Shown: positions 32,101-41,081, counted from the stretch's first letter. The stretch: 64,000 nt of DNA from an uncultured Alphaproteobacteria bacterium (GCA_944391335.1 CALXTF010000002.1:11801-75800), one strand, 5' to 3'. Notes: generated by a model not told the origin, from the letters alone. Made by a program: numbers and translations.

Positions 32101-33015
32101 ATCCGGCATCATAATAATTTGGTTGACTTGACGAATATTGTGATTTTTATCGTTATAGCTCATAAACAGGTCTGTTTCCATGGAGTTGAGCAAATTGTCA
32201 TTTTGCGGTTCATATTTACGGTGCAGAACGTCTTCATTAGCCAATCCTTGTGAAGATATAGGTTGTAATGAAGAAATAACAAAAGTATTCTCCGCTAAAT
32301 TCATATCTAACTCATCATCACCGTCTAAACTCCAGATTCCCTGCGCTCCCATAATTTTACCGCTGACAACATTACCATCTTCATCTTCATAATTTGCCAT
32401 TTTATAACCACCATTACTACCAACCATCGTAGCAATACGAGCGACACGGGTTGAAGGGAATTCTTCGCCATCATGAGGAACAGCGGTTACAAAACCGGTT
32501 ATTGTTTGTGCTATAACTTTATCATCTTCATCTTCCCCCCCCACTTCTGAAGCGGTAGTTTTTTTCAAAATGACCTGAAAAGAATTACTATCGCTTTCCG
32601 AAGACGCGAACAATTTGCTGTCTTGCGTTTTTCCATTGCTGTCCAAAAACCCGTAAGGCAGATATTCACACAAGTGAGAGACATCAAAAGTATATGTATC
32701 TGTTTGGCTTGTGACGCCGCTGCCGCTATCACTGCTTGAATCGACAGGATTTCCATAATCGACATTATCATCATTGCAATTGTTGACAACTTCTTCACCC
32801 GCAGCTATGCGAGAGAAATTATCTTTAATATAAGCATCCATAGCATTGGCTAAAATACGCAATTGATTGGAAGCATTAATATCTTGCAATTCAGTTGTTC
32901 GTTCCGCGGCTTTTTTATACAGAATCGGGGTAACCATGGCAATAAGCCCTAACATGGCCATTGCTTCCACCAGCATGGTACCGGTTTCATTGATTTTATT
33001 AAACATCTTTCTCAT
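29167..33015 (-). CDS. Giant (1282 aa) protein with a prepilin-type (class III) N-terminal signal; candidate modular type IV / Tad-like pilin or pseudopilin
   Basis: N-terminus MRKMFNKINETG|TMLVEAMAMLGLIAMVTPILY: a basic leader ending in G, Glu at +5, and a 20-aa hydrophobic helix. The remainder is T/S/N/D/G-rich with short tandem repeats and a Cys/aromatic-rich C-terminus. Confidence 0.6.
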   Translation of the reverse strand: MRKMFNKINETGTMLVEAMAMLGLIAMVTPILYKKAAERTTELQDINASNQLRILANAMDAYIKDNFSRIAAGEEVVNNCNDDNVDYGNPVDSSSDSGSGVTSQTDTYTFDVSHLCEYLPYGFLDSNGKTQDSKLFASSESDSNSFQVILKKTTASEVGGEDEDDKVIAQTITGFVTAVPHDGEEFPSTRVARIATMVGSNGGYKMANYEDEDGNVVSGKIMGAQGIWSLDGDDELDMNLAENTFVISSLQPISSQGLANEDVLHRKYEPQNDNLLNSMETDLFMSYNDKNHNIRQVNQIIMMPDTEWMVGAENNSTDMRPEENIAIPFNDDNSLSNLDYSLYIGNKGGAFLEGNLAAVSSLFTVKEENDSGDGGIKYYETKTTTDSTDPNNTVTTTTKGKSVFSVTSSKLEYGNIDRETAGVLLTVDKENKSMNFAYKTNSSEEDGTTSTTSQNLIAAQDSSVNLLNGALSVRNNDVNSDTTYKDNSTNQWNSKTPAVVIGGGNAYTGSYTSYVYDTNGTPKNPSDTNNSNGSGTNNSNGSGTNNSEGRHALTVNGPAFVKDSLRTPHLKTYNVDAAKLRAGVAWNSFNTATNDEDFYLIAEKSDGDNTGRLLVGKVTPSTDTSAGDTSTQYRLQIVEEDDNNNNIMAGISMYHEKGISLRSGNNVSLVEEVDANDTSNNGTSKDPASGQIKIGAEKAVSLSTIGENGKFHSKGVVSIQDDMLRAYNISKGEDGYGYIDSVTDEMRILSRDARYTGDQGITHDQLYSRGDRGLVALGDMDFSISAISESESESDDKIVPVVDIEAAREEGLISSRFAGGFAIYDYDVTGKEDYPDNPAFVVDEDGKITGGSIGNPSLYVGKGDFQILTTEDGLNKGDIVLHVDNNDTYDAIPTTAEDGTPKVTDDRGSVYIRRGAINIASANGSRLANSTIVGDYASETNSVGYIAANRFISHVVPENGVLDRTDTNYGKVTPYDRYEVNPAYTSVMHDIKLTTRGGARLSDILPDFINKGIYVVNNTFKEETPWQTKTVKEIKEGMYEITNENTAFKTATSPYLGFVPTPICPPNYSKVITVNPSGWSMAEAGTPYDDQTMGRIDIVPHTNPYLYWNLPGPDGAGTPRTDVENAEPVQPLTFQKSTWLRAMVVPHCDGFDLNNSCKDDSGEFTGWGVIMGFLYPESYYGDFLKKVAKGNINGVAFGSGNVDEGSDTVYWNIYPVYYRQLEGYATVYCYFNREGFNVDMVDTTYDQLNNPREYWNKKDKENTNTDYINRLNDSTLKYNDPW
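30632..30655. repeat. Hexanucleotide repeat (TCAGAT)x4 inside the giant gene (encodes SESESE)
   Basis: Read directly from the sequence. Confidence 0.9.
31376..31440. repeat. 24-bp tandem repeat, about 2.7 copies, inside the giant gene (encodes NNSNGSGT repeats)
   Basis: gaattatttgtgccactaccattt occurs twice perfectly, then as a diverged partial copy. Confidence 0.9.
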
Positions 33016-33033
33016 GGTCTTTCTCCTGTAAAA

Positions 33034-33915
33034 TTAGAATCTGGACATATAAACCAAACAATAATCACAACTTGAATACATATTATCTTGGGGATTTTGG
33101 GGATCATATTCCTCATTAGATTGTCTTAAACTACCACATACGTTGGCAAAAGAACGATTTCCCATTGAGGTTTCTGAAATATAATTCGGGATAGGTGTAT
33201 AAAATTGTCCGCCTTGTCCATAAACCCCCATATTTGTATCAATTTCCTCAGTATAAGCAGAATCAGCTGTATAAATATCATCAGATAATTCATCTCGATC
33301 AATAGCATATCCTAAACCATTTGTATAACCGGTTGTTGTTTTCATTGAACCAAGCAACCTTGCTCCTGGTTTACCGGTACGAATATCCTGCCATTTAGAA
33401 GGTACGCATCCGTATGTAAGCACATAAACCACAGCCGAAGGATCGTTGCAGCAATTAGATCCATTCCCCAAATCGGTATTTTCATCTTCTGTTTCGCCGC
33501 CGGAACCTTCACCGGAATCGCCCTCGCCGGCGGAGCCTCCCTCTCCTGTTGGCAAACCTGATGTACATAACGAAGGCAAAGCACCGGCACCTGTTTGTTC
33601 TAAATTATTTCTATTCAAACAATATATCCATGTCGTAAATTTTGCCAGACCGCTATCTTGTTGAAATCCGTAAGGTAAATCATTTTTCAACATATCCGCG
33701 GTTAATTCTCCGGGCCAATAATTTAAATCATCCAAACCAGAAGATCGACTGTGTTTAGATATATAACTCATTGCTGCTCGATGTTGAACATAAAGTTTCG
33801 TTACGACTGTTTGCGCCTGCGGTTCGATATATAATTGTTCAATATCTGGACGTATAGACGTATTCATCGCAAAAAGAGCAGCAATCAAAGTTGCTATAAT
33901 AACCCATAAATACAT
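33034..33915 (-). CDS. Membrane-anchored, Cys-rich protein, paralogous to the N-terminal region of the giant pilin-like protein
   Basis: Starts directly with a hydrophobic helix, MYLWVIIATLIAALFA; there is no leader because an in-frame stop lies 8 codons upstream. Shares the LPYGFxxDSG motif with the 1282-aa protein. Has a G/E/S-rich acidic linker and 9 Cys. Lies 19 nt upstream of the giant gene. Confidence 0.7.
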   Translation of the reverse strand: MYLWVIIATLIAALFAMNTSIRPDIEQLYIEPQAQTVVTKLYVQHRAAMSYISKHSRSSGLDDLNYWPGELTADMLKNDLPYGFQQDSGLAKFTTWIYCLNRNNLEQTGAGALPSLCTSGLPTGEGGSAGEGDSGEGSGGETEDENTDLGNGSNCCNDPSAVVYVLTYGCVPSKWQDIRTGKPGARLLGSMKTTTGYTNGLGYAIDRDELSDDIYTADSAYTEEIDTNMGVYGQGGQFYTPIPNYISETSMGNRSFANVCGSLRQSNEEYDPQNPQDNMYSSCDYCLVYMSRF

Positions 33916-34126
33916 AGGCGTATCCCATTTAATACACTAATTCAATTGTATTCTAACATAAACTTCTTTAAAAAAAAAGCAAATTAAAATACTTAATTTT
34001 TAATTTCACATATTTGTAACATCTCAAAAAAATAAAAAATCGGCTTATAAACTTATATTTGTCTTTGCTTGATAAAAAAAATGTTTTACATTAATCATAT
34101 ATATGCTTTAGGGAGATCAATAAACA

Positions 34127-34282
34127 ATGGTAAAAGTTAATCAAATTACTTACCCAAAACATAAAAAACTCTTACGGCGGATTATCTTAATACTTGTTAT
34201 TGCCGCTGTTTGCACAATATGTTGGAATCTGATTGATAATCCTTCTTCTTTGCCAACAGAGGAAATAAAATATGATATCTGA
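34127..34282 (+). CDS. Small single-TM ORF (51 aa), possibly a FliL-like remnant
   Basis: Not in the ORF track because it is under 60 aa. GGGAGA RBS 8 nt upstream. Sequence MVKVNQITYPKHKKLLRRIILILVIAAVCTICW. Its stop overlaps the start of the next gene. Confidence 0.4.
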   Translation: MVKVNQITYPKHKKLLRRIILILVIAAVCTICWNLIDNPSSLPTEEIKYDI

Positions 34283-34982
34283 AAATTACTCTGATGATCC
34301 CGCCGTCTTAACTGCAGAAGAAATTAACTTTTTGCTCAAACCAAAAGTATCTCCTTTTATGGAAGAGCAAACCATAAATACTTTGGCTGCTTTAATAATA
34401 AAAAAATTACATCCTTTATTCCCCTCTTCAAGCGTTATTTCGGCAAAGATAGATCAAACACATAAAATAAATCAAAATAATTATATTTATAAAATATCCT
34501 TTTTTAAAAAAGATTTTTTTTTACAACTTAGCATCGCCGACGCAGCAACACTTGTTAATACTGCTTTAGGGTGTTTTAAACTTTCCCTTGTCTCTCAACC
34601 GCTTGGAAAAATATCACTGGCTGTCGTCAATCAATTTATCAATTTAATTGCAAAAGCAATTGCTCAAACTTTTCATCTTTCCGAAAACAATTTTAGAATT
34701 ACTCAAGTAAATAATCTTATTGATAAAAACTATTGTACTCTGGTAATTAATATCAATAATATTCCCATATGTTTTTCTTTATATGGCGATTTTTTAACCA
34801 CAACCAATGCCGTTATACACTTTAAGCCTTTCAATATACCTATTGAAAATATCGCGCAATGGAAAAAAGGGTCTATAATCTCCTTGCCATCCAATCAAGC
34901 TCAATTAATTATTCCCGAAAAATTGACAACCGCAACTCCTACCGCGCAAAACAAAAACCTATATACTGTTAAATTGATTTAA
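34272..34982 (+). CDS. FliM/FliN-like flagellar switch-type protein (short, 236 aa)
   Basis: N-terminal LTAEEINFLLKP resembles the FliM CheY-P-binding peptide LSQxEIDALL. The C-terminal WKKGSIISLPSNQAQLIIPEK...LYTVKL resembles a SpoA/FliN domain. Confidence 0.45.
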   Translation: MISENYSDDPAVLTAEEINFLLKPKVSPFMEEQTINTLAALIIKKLHPLFPSSSVISAKIDQTHKINQNNYIYKISFFKKDFFLQLSIADAATLVNTALGCFKLSLVSQPLGKISLAVVNQFINLIAKAIAQTFHLSENNFRITQVNNLIDKNYCTLVININNIPICFSLYGDFLTTTNAVIHFKPFNIPIENIAQWKKGSIISLPSNQAQLIIPEKLTTATPTAQNKNLYTVKLI

Positions 34983-34995
34983 AAAGGCAACTAAA

Positions 34996-35343
34996 ATGAC
35001 ACATATCGAATTTTGGATTAACATCATAACTTTAATTCTTCTTTTTCCCGCGATTTTTTATGCGGCCATACTTTCCCGTCAAATCCGACAACTGCAAAAA
35101 AATCAGGAATTAATGTTTGAATTAGCAAAAAAACTTCAATTACTGGCTCAAAAATATGAAAAAGAAAAAAATCCCACCGCAGCAACGGTTATTTCTCAAA
35201 TTCAAACTCCAAACGATTCTCTAATTTATGATAATATTCCAAATGAACCCCATTTTGAAAAAATTTTTTCCATGTCAACATCAAATGGACAGACTTCTAC
35301 TGCCGAACAAGAACTTCTTGAAGCTTTACGCTCAATTAAATAA
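34996..35343 (+). CDS. Single-TM coiled-coil protein (DUF6468-like position in alphaproteobacterial flagellar clusters)
   Basis: N-terminal TM and a helical middle. Sits between the FliM-like and MotE-like genes. The family call rests on context only. Confidence 0.45.
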   Translation: MTHIEFWINIITLILLFPAIFYAAILSRQIRQLQKNQELMFELAKKLQLLAQKYEKEKNPTAATVISQIQTPNDSLIYDNIPNEPHFEKIFSMSTSNGQTSTAEQELLEALRSIK

Positions 35344-35355
35344 GGATTATTGATC

Positions 35356-35826
35356 ATGAAAAAATCATCTTTATTTCTTGTTTTCTTAACTTCCGTTTTA
35401 TTAGTATTCGCTTTAGTTAAAGGGTATCGAATTATTCACCACTTGCCGCTTCAACCACCTCATATAACAAATCGGCACACTCCAAAATATAAACAAACAC
35501 CTCATAATGATAAAATTCAACTTGAACAAGCTATTCGTCGAAAACTTGATGCCGATGCCAAAACAATAACACCATATGAAAAATTTATTCCTTCCGATAA
35601 AAAAATAAATGACAGCTTTTTCTACGAAAGACGCTTGGCAAATATCTATACCCAGATGTCTCCTAATCGCGCCGCTCAAATTATTGAAACAATGGAAAAA
35701 GCTCAAGCCGCTTTTTTACTAAAATCCATGCGTGCCGAAGATGCCGCGGCTATTATGTCACACATGGAAACACAAAAAGCAAAAGAAATTACGGAATTTA
35801 TGCTAAAAGCAACTCAACTGCAATAA
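35356..35826 (+). CDS. MotE/FlbB-like protein (MgtE-N-type helical domain)
   Basis: Signal/anchor followed by SPNRAAQIIETMEKAQAAFLLKSMRAEDAAAIMSHMETQKAKEI. AAGGA RBS 9 nt upstream of the ATG at 35356. Confidence 0.6.
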   Translation: MKKSSLFLVFLTSVLLVFALVKGYRIIHHLPLQPPHITNRHTPKYKQTPHNDKIQLEQAIRRKLDADAKTITPYEKFIPSDKKINDSFFYERRLANIYTQMSPNRAAQIIETMEKAQAAFLLKSMRAEDAAAIMSHMETQKAKEITEFMLKATQLQ

Positions 35827-35835
35827 AATAAATAA

Positions 35836-37845
35836 ATGGATGAAAAATTTAAAATTATAAGTCCTTTTGAACCTGCCGGAGATCAACCAACGGCTGTTAA
35901 TGAGCTTTGTCAAGGTTTAAAAAGAGGAGAAAAAAATCAAGTCCTGCTTGGCGTCACCGGCTCGGGGAAAACTTTTACTATGGCCAAAATTATTGAACAA
36001 ACCCAAAGACCCGCTCTAATTATGGCTCCAAATAAAATTTTGGCGGCTCAACTTTATAGCGAAATGAAAGAATTTTTTCCTCACAACCACGTTGAATATT
36101 TCGTTTCATATTATGATTATTACCAACCTGAAGCGTATATTCCCAAAACAGACACTTATATTGAAAAAGACTCCGCTATTAATGAACAAATCGATCGAAT
36201 GCGTAACGCTGCAACACGCAGTATTTTAGAATACCGCGATGTTATTATAGTCGCTTCCGTATCTTGTATATACGGCTTGGGAGATGTTGCCTCTTATTCT
36301 GCAATGACCTTAGAATTAAAAACAAATGACGAAATCGCTCCTCAAAATATTTATCAAAGATTAGCCGAATTACAATATGAAAGAAACCAACTTAATTTTA
36401 TTCGTGGAACATTCCGTGTGCAAGGCGATATTTTAGATATCTTTCCGGCTCACTTGGAAGATCGCGCATGGAGAATTTCTTTTTTCGGAGATGAAATTGA
36501 AGATATTTCCGAATTTGACGCCCTAACCGGAAAGAAAATTACATCTTTAGAAAGAGTCATTGTTTATCCTGCCAGCCACTATGTCACGCCCAGACCGACA
36601 CTTTCACAAGCAATTTCAAGGATTAAACAGGAATTACAACCCAGATTAGCCTATTTTCGTGACAATAACAAATTGCTTGAAGCGCAAAGATTAGAACAAA
36701 GAACACGTTTCGATTTAGAAATGTTGGAAACGACAGGCCATTGTAAAGGTATTGAAAATTATTCTCGTTATTTAACCGGCCGCGCTCCAGGAGAACCTCC
36801 ACCGACATTATTTGAATATCTGCCGCAAGATGCTCTATTATTTATTGATGAAAGTCATATTTCCATTCCACAAATCGGAGGAATGTATCATGGTGATCGT
36901 AATCGTAAAGGAACTTTATCGGAATATGGTTTTCGTTTACCTTCCTGTTTAGATAATCGTCCTCTTAAACTTGAAGAATGGGATCAAATGAGACCGCAAA
37001 CAATTTTTGTTTCCGCCACTCCCGGAGATTGGGAACTTGAACAAACCAAGGGAAATTTTGTTGAACAAGTTATTCGTCCTACCGGTTTGGTTGATCCTAT
37101 GTGTTTTGTCCGCGGAATCGAAAATCAAATTGATGATTTAATGCAAGAATGTCAAAAAAACATTCAAAAGGGTGAACGGGTTTTAGTAACAACACTTACA
37201 AAAAAAATGGCAGAAGATCTAACCGAATATCTAAATGAAAATGGTATTAAAGTCAGATATATGCATTCGGATATTCAAACCCTTGAACGTATTGAAATTA
37301 TAAGAGATTTGCGGATGGGACTGTTTGATGTTTTGGTGGGTATTAATTTATTACGAGAAGGACTGGATATTCCGGAATGTTCTCTTGTTGCTATTTTAGA
37401 TGCCGATAAAGAAGGTTTTTTACGATCCACACGTTCCTTGATACAAACAATCGGACGTGCGGCTCGTAATGCCGAAAGCAGAGTTATTCTCTATGCCGAT
37501 AAAATAACAACTTCTATAAAAGAGGCTCTTGATGAAACACAACGACGCAGAAATAAACAACTTCAATACAATTTAGAACATAACATCACCCCTCAAACAA
37601 TAAAGAAAAGTATTTCTTCGGCTTTAAGTGAAATGACGGCAATAGATTATATAAACGATAAAACCGAACAACCAGGTAAAGTAGATGATATTGAAAAACA
37701 AATTAAAGAATTAACAAAGTTGATGAAAGAAGCCGCACAAAATTTAGAATTTGAACAAGCCGTTATATATCGTGATAAAATAAAAGCTCTCGAGTTATTG
37801 GCTATGAGAACTTATGAAAACGCCATTTTTATAAAAGGAAGCTAA
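35836..37845 (+). CDS. uvrB: Excinuclease ABC subunit B
   Basis: [10 protein letters not shown], helicase motifs, and a C-terminal UVR domain ([16 protein letters not shown]). Confidence 0.97.
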   Translation: MDEKFKIISPFEPAGDQPTAVNELCQGLKRGEKNQVLLGVTGSGKTFTMAKIIEQTQRPALIMAPNKILAAQLYSEMKEFFPHNHVEYFVSYYDYYQPEAYIPKTDTYIEKDSAINEQIDRMRNAATRSILEYRDVIIVASVSCIYGLGDVASYSAMTLELKTNDEIAPQNIYQRLAELQYERNQLNFIRGTFRVQGDILDIFPAHLEDRAWRISFFGDEIEDISEFDALTGKKITSLERVIVYPASHYVTPRPTLSQAISRIKQELQPRLAYFRDNNKLLEAQRLEQRTRFDLEMLETTGHCKGIENYSRYLTGRAPGEPPPTLFEYLPQDALLFIDESHISIPQIGGMYHGDRNRKGTLSEYGFRLPSCLDNRPLKLEEWDQMRPQTIFVSATPGDWELEQTKGNFVEQVIRPTGLVDPMCFVRGIENQIDDLMQECQKNIQKGERVLVTTLTKKMAEDLTEYLNENGIKVRYMHSDIQTLERIEIIRDLRMGLFDVLVGINLLREGLDIPECSLVAILDADKEGFLRSTRSLIQTIGRAARNAESRVILYADKITTSIKEALDETQRRRNKQLQYNLEHNITPQTIKKSISSALSEMTAIDYINDKTEQPGKVDDIEKQIKELTKLMKEAAQNLEFEQAVIYRDKIKALELLAMRTYENAIFIKGS

Positions 37846-37863
37846 ATAAAAGAGATATGAAAA

Positions 37864-38349
37864 TTAAGAAAATTTTACCATAAGCCTTGCTTTTTCACGA
37901 TTCCAATCTCTTGTTTTAATTGTTTCCCGTTTATCAAAATTCTTTTTTCCCGTACCAAGACCGATTTCTAATTTTGCTCGTCCTTTTTCATTAAAAAATA
38001 ATCGTATGGCAACCAAAGTTGCTCCTTTTTTGGCTAAAGCGGAAATAATTGTATTAATCTCTTTTCTTTTGAGCAATAATTTACGATCTCTTTTTTCCGC
38101 ATGACTTTCATAACCTTTATTGGCATATTCGGCAATAAACATATTTGAAATATAGAGTTCATTATTTTTTTGGATTCCAAAAGCATCGTTAATATTAGCA
38201 TGTCCAAGTCTTAAAGATTTCACTTCTGTACCGGTTAGTTCCAACCCGGCAATAAATTTTTCATTAATAAAATAATCGAAATTTGCTCGTCGATTCTGAG
38301 CGACCAAACCTTTAGAGAGGAAATTTATTTTTTTATTTTTTTGAACCAT
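37864..38349 (-). CDS. smpB: SsrA-binding protein
   Basis: 161 aa with VAQNRRANFDY...GTEVKSLR...KGRAKLEIGLGTGKK. Confidence 0.95.
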   Translation of the reverse strand: MVQKNKKINFLSKGLVAQNRRANFDYFINEKFIAGLELTGTEVKSLRLGHANINDAFGIQKNNELYISNMFIAEYANKGYESHAEKRDRKLLLKRKEINTIISALAKKGATLVAIRLFFNEKGRAKLEIGLGTGKKNFDKRETIKTRDWNREKARLMVKFS

Positions 38350-38354
38350 TTTTA

Positions 38355-38816
38355 TTAAGCGGATTTAATTTTAGCAACGACTTTTGGTGCTGTAACCGTA
38401 GTTGTTGAAGAATTAACAGGAGATGCTCCGTCATTTTTAGTCTGCACGCGAATACAATGTCCATCGATATACGCTCCCGGTTCAATAGCAATTGTATTAT
38501 GCGTTGCATCACCGATAAGTTTTGCTGTTTTAGCGATAAAGAGATTATCTGCAACGGCTTTACCCTGTAAAGAACCATATAAATACAAACTTTGAGCTTT
38601 AACTGTACCCAGAATATTACCTTTTGCTCCAATCACCAACTCTTCACAATTAATATCGCCTTCTATATAACCATCTACGTGCATAATACCGCGACTGGTG
38701 ATATCACCGTGAACTTTTGTATTTTCGCCAATAATTGTCGGCACTTGTCGTTCACTACGACTACGACCGAAAGTACGAGCCATTTTAAGATAGATCATTT
38801 TCTTAAATTTTTTCAT
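38355..38816 (-). CDS. Bactofilin
   Basis: Beta-helical repeat pattern TKVHGDITSRGIMHVDGYIEGDINCEELVIGAKGNILGTVKA (DUF583). Confidence 0.85.
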   Translation of the reverse strand: MKKFKKMIYLKMARTFGRSRSERQVPTIIGENTKVHGDITSRGIMHVDGYIEGDINCEELVIGAKGNILGTVKAQSLYLYGSLQGKAVADNLFIAKTAKLIGDATHNTIAIEPGAYIDGHCIRVQTKNDGASPVNSSTTTVTAPKVVAKIKSA

Positions 38817-38839
38817 TGATATTTCCTTTTTCTGTAAAC

Positions 38840-40066
38840 TCAGGATATTTTAGCTTTCATAAACGGCATAGGGTCAACATCATGTCCTTTATATAGAATT
38901 TCATAATGCAGATGAGGACCTGTTGAACGTCCGGTAGAACCGACTTCTCCGATGGCATCACCGACACGAACATATTGACCTTTTTCCACATAAATTTTAT
39001 GCATATGCGCATATTTTGTTTTAAAACCATTTCCGTGATCCACTTCCACCATTTTTCCATAACCGGCGACATTTCCCGCACGAGTAACTTTTCCTTCTGC
39101 CATAACCTTAATTTTATTACCCGTTCTTGCAGCTAAATCAACTCCCTTATGATATGCTTTAGTTTTTTTAAATGGATCTGTACGTCGACCGTAAGGTGAA
39201 GATACCCAAAAGCTCCATACAGGTTTACCGATTGGGACGGTTTTTAGAACTTCACGATAATATTCGACATCGTCTGTATTTTTAAAAATCGAACTTATTT
39301 TATCGCTAATTTCCTTATCTTTCAGGAAAGAATTATCTTCAGGGATATAAGGACCGCCGGTAGCAGATTGACGTTTATCATTTGCCAAGGGGTTAAAATA
39401 GAGACCTTTTTTCTTTAACGGAACATTAATATCAGTTATGGCTCTTTTAATTTTTGCAGCTTCCTTTTCGGCGATTCGCGAGACACGTTCAATAATTTCC
39501 GCTTCAGCTTCACGGATATCCTCTACTGTTTTTTGCAGTTCCACCAATTGTTCTTTTAACAAATCCCGTTCAGAAATAGCAATATCTCGTTGTAAAGAAA
39601 TTTCATTTAGATTTGCTTTTTCTGCTAATTTTTCGGTATTAATCCATTTGACTTGAGTTGTAATTTGTTTAATTCTTTCTTCAACCAATGCGGCTTGTTT
39701 TTGATATTGTCCGAGATTTAATTCTGATGTTTTTGCGCTATCGAGTGTTTTAATCATTCCGGCAATATTTTTTTGCAGAGTAACGAAATTTCCCATTAAA
39801 TCGACATAAGCATCACGAGTCTCTATCAGTTCATTTTCTTTTTTTACAATAATCATATCCGAACGATGATACATATGATAGTAATAGAAACTCCAAACAG
39901 AAACAAATACAGCTAAAAGTATCATTCCCACCTGCATTTTAGAGGAAATAGTAAAAACTTTAGCTCTGCCGTTGCTTCGAAAGATAACTTCTTTAGGCGA
40001 GAAAAAAGGCTTTTTAGAAGCATATTGCATTGGTTCAGAAATTATTTTTGTTGTTTTTTGCATCAA
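38840..40066 (-). CDS. Bitopic coiled-coil M23 metallopeptidase (LmdC/EnvC-like architecture)
   Basis: Cytoplasmic tail, one TM, about 200 aa of coiled coil, and a C-terminal M23 domain with HKGVDLAA and GPHLHYEI intact. Confidence 0.88.
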   Translation of the reverse strand: MMQKTTKIISEPMQYASKKPFFSPKEVIFRSNGRAKVFTISSKMQVGMILLAVFVSVWSFYYYHMYHRSDMIIVKKENELIETRDAYVDLMGNFVTLQKNIAGMIKTLDSAKTSELNLGQYQKQAALVEERIKQITTQVKWINTEKLAEKANLNEISLQRDIAISERDLLKEQLVELQKTVEDIREAEAEIIERVSRIAEKEAAKIKRAITDINVPLKKKGLYFNPLANDKRQSATGGPYIPEDNSFLKDKEISDKISSIFKNTDDVEYYREVLKTVPIGKPVWSFWVSSPYGRRTDPFKKTKAYHKGVDLAARTGNKIKVMAEGKVTRAGNVAGYGKMVEVDHGNGFKTKYAHMHKIYVEKGQYVRVGDAIGEVGSTGRSTGPHLHYEILYKGHDVDPMPFMKAKIS

Positions 40067-40196
40067 AAATCCATCATTATATATTCAGACAATTTAGTAT
40101 GATTAATTAAAATTTAACTATATATAACAAAAAAAAATATAAAAATACAGACTTTTTTTACATCTATTTTAATATCAAGAAATTAGAAGAAATATT

Positions 40197-40508
40197 TTAT
40201 TCATCTAAAATAACAAATTCATCTTCTGCGGCAAAATTAAGCACGACGCGGACTCTTTCATCAAGAAGATCCAAATCCAAACTATCTGGAGACAGGAGTC
40301 TGATTTCTTCATTTAAGCGTTCTTTTTTTATTTTATATTGTTGAGCCAACATTTGAGCTTGTTCGACTTCACGGCGCAAATAAAGATATTTACGGATTCC
40401 ACGTTCTCCGTAGAAGGCGTAAAAACCAAAATAGCAGATAACCAATGTGAATATGATATAAATTCCCGAATTTTTTAATCTGCTTCCTAAATCAAACCCA
40501 AATCCCAT
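40197..40508 (-). CDS. ftsB: Septum formation initiator (FtsB/DivIC family)
   Basis: 103 aa with an N-terminal TM followed by a coiled coil (YLYLRREVEQAQMLAQQYKIKKERLNEEIRLL). Confidence 0.7.
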   Translation of the reverse strand: MGFGFDLGSRLKNSGIYIIFTLVICYFGFYAFYGERGIRKYLYLRREVEQAQMLAQQYKIKKERLNEEIRLLSPDSLDLDLLDERVRVVLNFAAEDEFVILDE

Positions 40509-40584
40509 CTTATGACTCTAAACAAACAATTTATAGAGTCGGATTTTAGACAAATTATATTAATATTTCGTTACATTAATAAAT

Positions 40585-40992
40585 TTAATAAGCGACGCAA
40601 TTATTTCCCTTCCATCGCCATGCACGGACAATTTCATTTTCCACAAGAAAAGATGTTTGACAAGTAAATTCAACGGTATAACCGAAACTTGTTGCCAAAG
40701 GGGAAAAATCATAATCTCCGACAAAAGGAGAATAAACAATTTCTTGACCAGGAACAAGTGTATCGCTGTAAATATAATATTCTGACGGCACATATGAGGT
40801 ATCCACCTTAGTATAGGTAATAACTTTAGTATTATTATCAATAATTTTAGCTGCGGAAGGTTTACCAAATTTAGCCTCCACTTTATTTACAGGTTGATCG
40901 ATAAAAGTATTAAGTTCTTGATTGTATTTTTGTTCAGTTGCACAACCCGACAAAACAAAAAGGCCACAAGCGGCAACAACTAATTTTTTCAT
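40585..40992 (-). CDS. Lipoprotein (135 aa)
   Basis: Lipobox VLSGC after a signal peptide. Confidence 0.75.
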   Translation of the reverse strand: MKKLVVAACGLFVLSGCATEQKYNQELNTFIDQPVNKVEAKFGKPSAAKIIDNNTKVITYTKVDTSYVPSEYYIYSDTLVPGQEIVYSPFVGDYDFSPLATSFGYTVEFTCQTSFLVENEIVRAWRWKGNNCVAY

Positions 40993-41081
40993 TTTATTTT
41001 CCCTTTGTTTATTAATATCTGCATATTAAATAAACAAAAGATAATCTTTTTCAAGAGACCATATTATCAATAATATAAGAA

